Below, piece after piece: positions 59,341-64,000 of a stretch of 64,000 nt of DNA; the stretch's first letter is position 1; every line of letters starts with the position of its first letter. Below the pieces are notes generated by a model. It made no database searches, was not told the origin of the DNA, and saw nothing but the letters and a program-made list of their open reading frames with translations. Source of the stretch: an uncultured bacterium (GTDB lineage: Bacteria; Bacillota_I; Bacilli_A; RF39; UBA660); NCBI GenBank assembly GCA_949296605.1, contig CASFPB010000026.1, forward strand, positions 14,859 to 78,858, in the 5' to 3' direction. The position numbers and the translations under genes are program-made.

Positions 59341-61929
59341 TTATTCTAATCCAGTATTAGGTTTGTTATTAGGCTTTTCAGTTGAATTGTTATTATTTGT
59401 ATTATCTTCTATAATGTCTCCAACATTGGAATCCATCCCTAAATTTACTTTTATTTCTAAACCATCGCTCATATTGTTTGTAAATATAGTATATGCTGAT
59501 TTTATTACATAAGTAACTGTCCCACTATCAGTTGGATTATTATTAAATGAATAGTTTGTGTTTTCAGTAGAGCCTATATATGTTAAGCTGCCACTACTTT
59601 CTTTTTTAAATATTTGATACCCTAATTTACCAATATAACTATTATTGTAATTTAATCTTTGTTCATAATATCTACTTGCATGTTTATCAAAATATGTATT
59701 GAAATAAGTTTGTAAATTTGATGTATCAATTGCTTTTGGAGTTTTTATTCCTGTCCATGTTAAATTAACTGTTGTTCCATTAAATGTATATTTACCATTT
59801 GTTGGTGCATCTAATTTTGCAAATCTTGTAGATACTTCAGTAGGTTCTGTTCCTTCTTTAAATAATTCAACAGACCTTAAATTATCAGGAGTATATTCAC
59901 TTGCTAATTGAAGGGGAATGGTTTCTTTTTCTATTTCTACTTCGATAACACCACTTGGTTTTGAAAATGTTTTGTTTTTAGAATAAACTTTAGATCCTAC
60001 CGCTTTCATTATTGCTTTTCTTGCTTTATTACCAACACTTACAGTTAGATAATCTTCTTTTGTAGTTTTATCATATCCTAACCATAATGCAATAGAATAT
60101 TCTGGAGAATAGGTAACATTCCATGAATCTCTTGTAGCAGATGTTGGAATTCCATTTTGTTCTGCCCAGCTTCTATCAACATTTGATGTTCCTGATTTTG
60201 CTGCAATATCTGTTCCACTTACTGAAACACCACCAACACCGTTTTCTGCTGCTGATACTAACATATCAGTTATCATATATGCTGTTTCTTCACTCATTAC
60301 TTTTTCTTTTTCATATTTATATTCTATTATTTCTCCAGTTTCAATAATTTCTAATTTTGTATATGAGTATGGTTCGATATAATATCCACCTCTACCAAAT
60401 GCTGCATAAGCTGCACTCATTTGAATAGGGCTTATTCCTTCAAAACCACCAATTGAGGCTGATTCATATAAATCTGCTCCGTAGTCTATTCCTAAACTAT
60501 GAACAAAATCAATGATGTAATCTGGATTTTCTTTATATACAGCTTGAAATGCTTTTAATGCGGGAATATTTCTTGACTCAATCAATGCTGTTCTCATTGT
60601 TATTAGTCCCATATATTTGCCATCTGCATTTTTGATTGATGTTCCATTACTATATGATGATTCTTCATCTAAAAACAATGTTCCTGGTGATCCATTTAAA
60701 TATTCTATGTATGGGCCGTAATCAAATAGTATTTTTGCTGTTGAACCAGGTTGTCTTATAACTGTTGCTCTGTTGTTTCCTTTGGCGGTGTAATTTCTTC
60801 CTCCAGATAATGCAACTATCGAACCATCTGTCGTGCTTGTTATTGCCATTCCTTCTTGTAAAGTTTCATTTGGAAATTCATATATTTCTTCATTTTCTAA
60901 TTGGTTTAATACACTTTGAACTTCTGGATCTATTGTTGTTACTATTTTCATTGGAACATAAAATGGATTCATTCCTGTTCTTTCGGTAACCTCATTTCTT
61001 ACATAATCTATTACTGCTTGGTTAGATCCATTATTATTTTCATTTTCAGCTAGTAGTGATTCTACTGGAATACTTAATACAGCTTCTTTTGTTTCTTCAC
61101 TTATATATCCGTGTTGAACCATAAGTTTTAATACTATTTCTTGTCTGTCTCTAACTTTTTCTGGATTTGTATATGGATTTATTGTTGCTGGATTTTGAAA
61201 CATTCCTGCTATAATTGATGCTTCTGCTAGGGTAAGGTCTGATACTGATTTTCCAAAATAGTATTGGCTTGCTTGTTCAACTCCATATATTCCAGAAGTA
61301 TTATTACTTCCATTATTTCCTAACCATTGGCTATTTACATAAAATTCAATAATTTCTTCTTTTGTATAATTACTTTCTATTTTAAATATAGCCATATATA
61401 TATCTGTAAATTTACGTATTATTCCTTCTAATCCTTCATCTTCATTATTAGTATATACTTGTTTAACAAGTTGCATTGTTAATGTTGATGCACCACCAGC
61501 ACTGCTATTTCCCAATAATTGTCCAAAAGATGCTTTTAAAAATCTAGCAACATCCATTCCTTTATGTTGAAAAAATCTTGAATCTTCAGTAGCTATTAAA
61601 GCATCAATTAAAACTTGTGGTAATTCATCATATGATACTAAAACTCTATCTTCTGCTCCAAGTCTTGCTAATTCAGTTACACCATCTTTATAATATAATA
61701 CCGTTGATTCTTTAGAATATAGTTTTTCTTTATCAAAATCAGGAGAAGTAATGATTATATATAATGCAAATATTAACATTATTGATATTACTGCAATGCC
61801 ACCAATAAGGATTATTGATAATATTATTGATTTTATATCAAATTTCTTATTTGTTTTTTTTGCTGTTTGATTTTTCTTTGCTTTTCCATTTTTTTTAATT
61901 TTTATCTTTCCGAGTCTTATTTTTTTCAT
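59341..61929 (-). CDS. ponA: Bifunctional class A penicillin-binding protein 1A (transglycosylase/transpeptidase) with Asn/Thr-rich C-terminal tail
   Basis: N-terminal TM. GT51 motifs (ATEDSRFFQHKG). Transpeptidase SxxK / KSGT. Start ATG at 61929 after a GGAGG RBS. Confidence 0.9.
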   Translation of the reverse strand: MKKIRLGKIKIKKNGKAKKNQTAKKTNKKFDIKSIILSIILIGGIAVISIMLIFALYIIITSPDFDKEKLYSKESTVLYYKDGVTELARLGAEDRVLVSYDELPQVLIDALIATEDSRFFQHKGMDVARFLKASFGQLLGNSSAGGASTLTMQLVKQVYTNNEDEGLEGIIRKFTDIYMAIFKIESNYTKEEIIEFYVNSQWLGNNGSNNTSGIYGVEQASQYYFGKSVSDLTLAEASIIAGMFQNPATINPYTNPEKVRDRQEIVLKLMVQHGYISEETKEAVLSIPVESLLAENENNNGSNQAVIDYVRNEVTERTGMNPFYVPMKIVTTIDPEVQSVLNQLENEEIYEFPNETLQEGMAITSTTDGSIVALSGGRNYTAKGNNRATVIRQPGSTAKILFDYGPYIEYLNGSPGTLFLDEESSYSNGTSIKNADGKYMGLITMRTALIESRNIPALKAFQAVYKENPDYIIDFVHSLGIDYGADLYESASIGGFEGISPIQMSAAYAAFGRGGYYIEPYSYTKLEIIETGEIIEYKYEKEKVMSEETAYMITDMLVSAAENGVGGVSVSGTDIAAKSGTSNVDRSWAEQNGIPTSATRDSWNVTYSPEYSIALWLGYDKTTKEDYLTVSVGNKARKAIMKAVGSKVYSKNKTFSKPSGVIEVEIEKETIPLQLASEYTPDNLRSVELFKEGTEPTEVSTRFAKLDAPTNGKYTFNGTTVNLTWTGIKTPKAIDTSNLQTYFNTYFDKHASRYYEQRLNYNNSYIGKLGYQIFKKESSGSLTYIGSTENTNYSFNNNPTDSGTVTYVIKSAYTIFTNNMSDGLEIKVNLGMDSNVGDIIEDNTNNNNSTEKPNNKPNTGLE

Positions 61930-61933
61930 TTTA

Positions 61934-62485
61934 TCAACCTCCAATTAATTGATCAACTATTTTTATATAATCTAATCCTTTTAAGCTTAGTTTTATTTCA
62001 TATGCATTTTTTAATAGATATTCATATGGAATACTTTTTCTAGTTTCTTTTTCAATAAAATTCAAAAAATCTTTGCCATTTAATAAAAAATATTTTGAAT
62101 TCATCATTATTATTAAAAAAACTATGCCACCATGTTTATTAATATTTCTTATGTGATTTATTTGATGAGGATGAACATTATTTAAAGGAAATGATGTTTT
62201 ATTTTGAGTAACTTTTGCATCAAATTCTATATAAAAACCTTTATATAATCCATTAAAGTCTAATGTAGATGGTGTTTTATAATATCCATCATGTATTCTT
62301 TTTCCACCATTTTCATATATAACTTTTACAACTCCGATTGGTGTTGGCTTTTTGTATATATATGCTATATCATTTTCTATATAATATTCATTTGCTTGTT
62401 CTATTAAATATTCTAAATCCATTCCACGATTGCTATAATCGATTGTTTTAGAATAATTTTTTTTAATGTTATTTGGATATAACAA
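61934..62485 (-). CDS. recU: Holliday junction resolvase RecU
   Basis: YSNRGMDLEYLIEQANEYY...YKKPTPIGVVKV matches the RecU core. Conserved recU-ponA operon. Confidence 0.88.
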   Translation of the reverse strand: MLYPNNIKKNYSKTIDYSNRGMDLEYLIEQANEYYIENDIAYIYKKPTPIGVVKVIYENGGKRIHDGYYKTPSTLDFNGLYKGFYIEFDAKVTQNKTSFPLNNVHPHQINHIRNINKHGGIVFLIIMMNSKYFLLNGKDFLNFIEKETRKSIPYEYLLKNAYEIKLSLKGLDYIKIVDQLIGG

Positions 62486-62645
62486 AATAAATCACCTATA
62501 TAATTATATCATATATCTGTTAAGTAATGTATTATAAGTGTTTTTTTGACAGTTAAATTAATGACAATTAATCCTTTTATGTATCTTTTTGTCGAAACTA
62601 ATGCAAGTAATTAATATTTTTTATAAAATAGTTATGGTGAATAAA

Positions 62646-62783
62646 ATGCGATTAGATTATATTATTAATGAAATGTTAAAAAAAATAGAATGGGCTAATA
62701 TAAATACTTATTTTATAGATAAAAAAGGTAAAAAAAGTAATTCAAATAAGGTAGCTAAAAATCGTGATATATTGACAAAATAG
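62646..62783 (+). CDS. Small hypothetical protein (45 aa)
   Basis: GGTGA RBS then ATG. Lys-rich. No motif. Confidence 0.25.
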   Translation: MRLDYIINEMLKKIEWANINTYFIDKKGKKSNSNKVAKNRDILTK

Positions 62784-62815
62784 TTTAAAATATTATATAA
62801 TCTTTTTGTTAGAAG

Positions 62816-63151
62816 GTGAATATTTTGTATAGTGATCGTTTATATTTAACTGCTCAAGAAATATTAGAAAAAGAGTTTAAAATTGATGCAAGAGGGTATC
62901 GTCCTCAAGAAGTTGATAAGTTTTTAGATATGGTTATACGTGATTATACAGAGTATTCAAATATAATAAAAAAATTAGAAAAAGATATTAAAAACCTAAC
63001 TGATGATAATATTAAATTAAAACAAGAAATTAGACGTTTGCAAGATGAAGCTTCTTCAATGGGAGAGGCTCCTTCAAGAAGTGCAAATAATGTTGACCTT
63101 CTAAAAAGAATTAGTCAGTTAGAAAAAGTTGTTTATGGAAATAATGAATAA
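62816..63151 (+). CDS. gpsB: Cell-cycle protein GpsB (DivIVA-domain). Likely start TTG 62825.
   Basis: LTAQEILEKEFKIDARGYRPQEVDKFLDMVIRDY matches the GpsB N-terminal DivIVA domain. C-terminal coiled coil. Confidence 0.85.
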   Translation: MNILYSDRLYLTAQEILEKEFKIDARGYRPQEVDKFLDMVIRDYTEYSNIIKKLEKDIKNLTDDNIKLKQEIRRLQDEASSMGEAPSRSANNVDLLKRISQLEKVVYGNNE

Positions 63152-63502
63152 TTTTGAGGCAAATGCTGCATATATTGTTATGTAGAGGAAAGTCCATGCT
63201 CACACAAGCTGTGATGTTTGTAGTGTTCGTGCTTGAGGAAAAAATAACTCAAGGTAGTTTTTTACTAACGGCTTCGAGGAAACCTTAAATGGTTTTAGTA
63301 GATATAAAAGTGCCATAGAGACGAATCATTTGGGAAACTGAATGGGTGGAACGAGGTAAACCCCACGAGTGAGAAACCCAAATTTTGGTAGGGGAGTTTC
63401 ATATTTGGGAAAAGAACTAAATTGAAATCTATTTTGATAGAAGATAAATATTTGCCGCTTTCTTTATGAAAGAACAGAACATGGCTTATGATAAATTATT
63501 TT
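63150..63502 (+). ncRNA. rnpB: RNase P RNA, Bacillus type (type B)
   Basis: GAGGAAAGTCCATGCTC (P4 5' strand), AGTGTTCGTGC, GTGCCATAGAGACGAA, GGAACGAGGTAAACCCCACGAGTGAGAAACCCAAATTTTGGTAGGGGA and ACAGAACATGGCTTA (P4 3' strand) align with B. subtilis rnpB. P1 pairs aataattt / aaattatt. Confidence 0.9.
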
Positions 63503-63530
63503 TTTATTTTCTAAAAAGGAGTGAAAAGTT

Positions 63531-64000
63531 TTGAACGATATCGGTGAGACGCTAAGGGATGCACGCGAGTCTTCAGGTGTTAGTTTGAATGAAGTAAGTA
63601 AAGATTTAGATATAAAAGTGGAAATTCTACAGAATATTGAGGAAGGAAAATCCGGCGCTTTTAAAGACATATTTGAACTTAAAAGTCTTATATCTAATTA
63701 TGCAAAGTATTTAGGCTTGGATGCAGAAAAATTAATAGATGAATTTAATGAATATATGTTTGAATATACTTCAAAAATTCCTATTAAAGAAATAGAAAAA
63801 ACCATTGAATTAAAAATTAAGGAAGAAAAAAAAGATAATCATATTGCATCACCTTATACTAAGGAAAAAAAGAAATATAATAATTGGGTTTATGTTATTA
63901 TTTATATTTTTATATTTTTAATGGTTTTAGTTGCTATTTTTTGGTCTGTAAAACAAGTGACTATTAATAAAAATATATCAAGTTCAATAAGTTATAGAAG
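63531..64000 (+). CDS. RodZ-like HTH (XRE) membrane protein, 3' end beyond window
   Basis: TTG start after a GGAG RBS. LNDIGETLRDARESSGVSLNEVSKDLDIKVEILQNIEEG is the RodZ-type HTH. TM helix near the window end. Confidence 0.7.
   Translation, partial: MNDIGETLRDARESSGVSLNEVSKDLDIKVEILQNIEEGKSGAFKDIFELKSLISNYAKYLGLDAEKLIDEFNEYMFEYTSKIPIKEIEKTIELKIKEEKKDNHIASPYTKEKKKYNNWVYVIIYIFIFLMVLVAIFWSVKQVTINKNISSSISYR

Noticed and set aside
59341-59750. Asn/Thr-rich C-terminal tail of PBP1A as a separate feature or repeat
   Set aside because: Continuous with the ponA ORF. Low-complexity C-terminal tails are common in class A PBPs of Firmicutes.
1-64000. Possibility that this very AT-rich organism uses translation table 4 (TGA=Trp) or another recoding, raised by the low GC and by the in-frame TAA in the plsC-like gene
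   Set aside because: Conserved Trp positions in UvrA, CysS and others are encoded by TGG, and orthologues have full expected lengths ending at TGA/TAA/TAG. A single TAA in one gene is more simply a nonsense mutation or sequencing error.
1-64000. CRISPR arrays, rRNA operons, prophage structural genes, restriction-modification genes
   Set aside because: No regularly spaced direct repeats, no rRNA-like conserved segments and no recognisable phage or RM motifs were found on either strand.

Overview
This is a very AT-rich (about 27-28% GC), gene-dense stretch of a low-GC Firmicutes chromosome. It uses the standard genetic code: TGG encodes the conserved Trp residues, and orthologues have full-length ORFs. 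Most of the window is core housekeeping. Identified genes include uvrA-lgt-trxB, gltX, cysS, a D-Ala-D-Ala carboxypeptidase, ldh, flavodoxin, dgkA, uvrB, a CBS-domain family II pyrophosphatase, tex, sufS-sufU, a T-box-controlled M19 dipeptidase-serS operon, miaB, gmk, scpA-scpB, a class I fructose-bisphosphate aldolase, cca and dnaD-nth. The right end has Bacillus-type synteny: recU-ponA on the minus strand, then gpsB, a type-B RNase P RNA (rnpB) and a RodZ-like gene. There are two tRNAs, Met-CAT on the minus strand and Leu-CAA on the plus strand. Accessory content includes the 3' tail of a DDE transposase at the window start, a BceAB/BceRS-like ABC transporter plus two-component module, an XRE-GNAT gene pair beside tRNA-Met, a Fic-like protein with a degenerate motif, a PI3/4-kinase- or HipA-like protein, and a possible CitG-like plus HD-phosphohydrolase pair beside tRNA-Leu. 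The most unusual locus is a four-gene anaerobic ribonucleotide reductase module at 42.5-48.5 kb. It consists of a full-length but catalytically degenerate NrdD paralog that keeps its ATP-cone, then nrdG, then a genuine NrdD fused at its C-terminus to a Cys-rich linker and an NrdH/glutaredoxin-like domain, then a translationally coupled TrxB-like flavoprotein. A PlsC-type acyltransferase gene is interrupted by a single in-frame TAA. No CRISPR arrays, rRNA genes or prophage blocks were seen.
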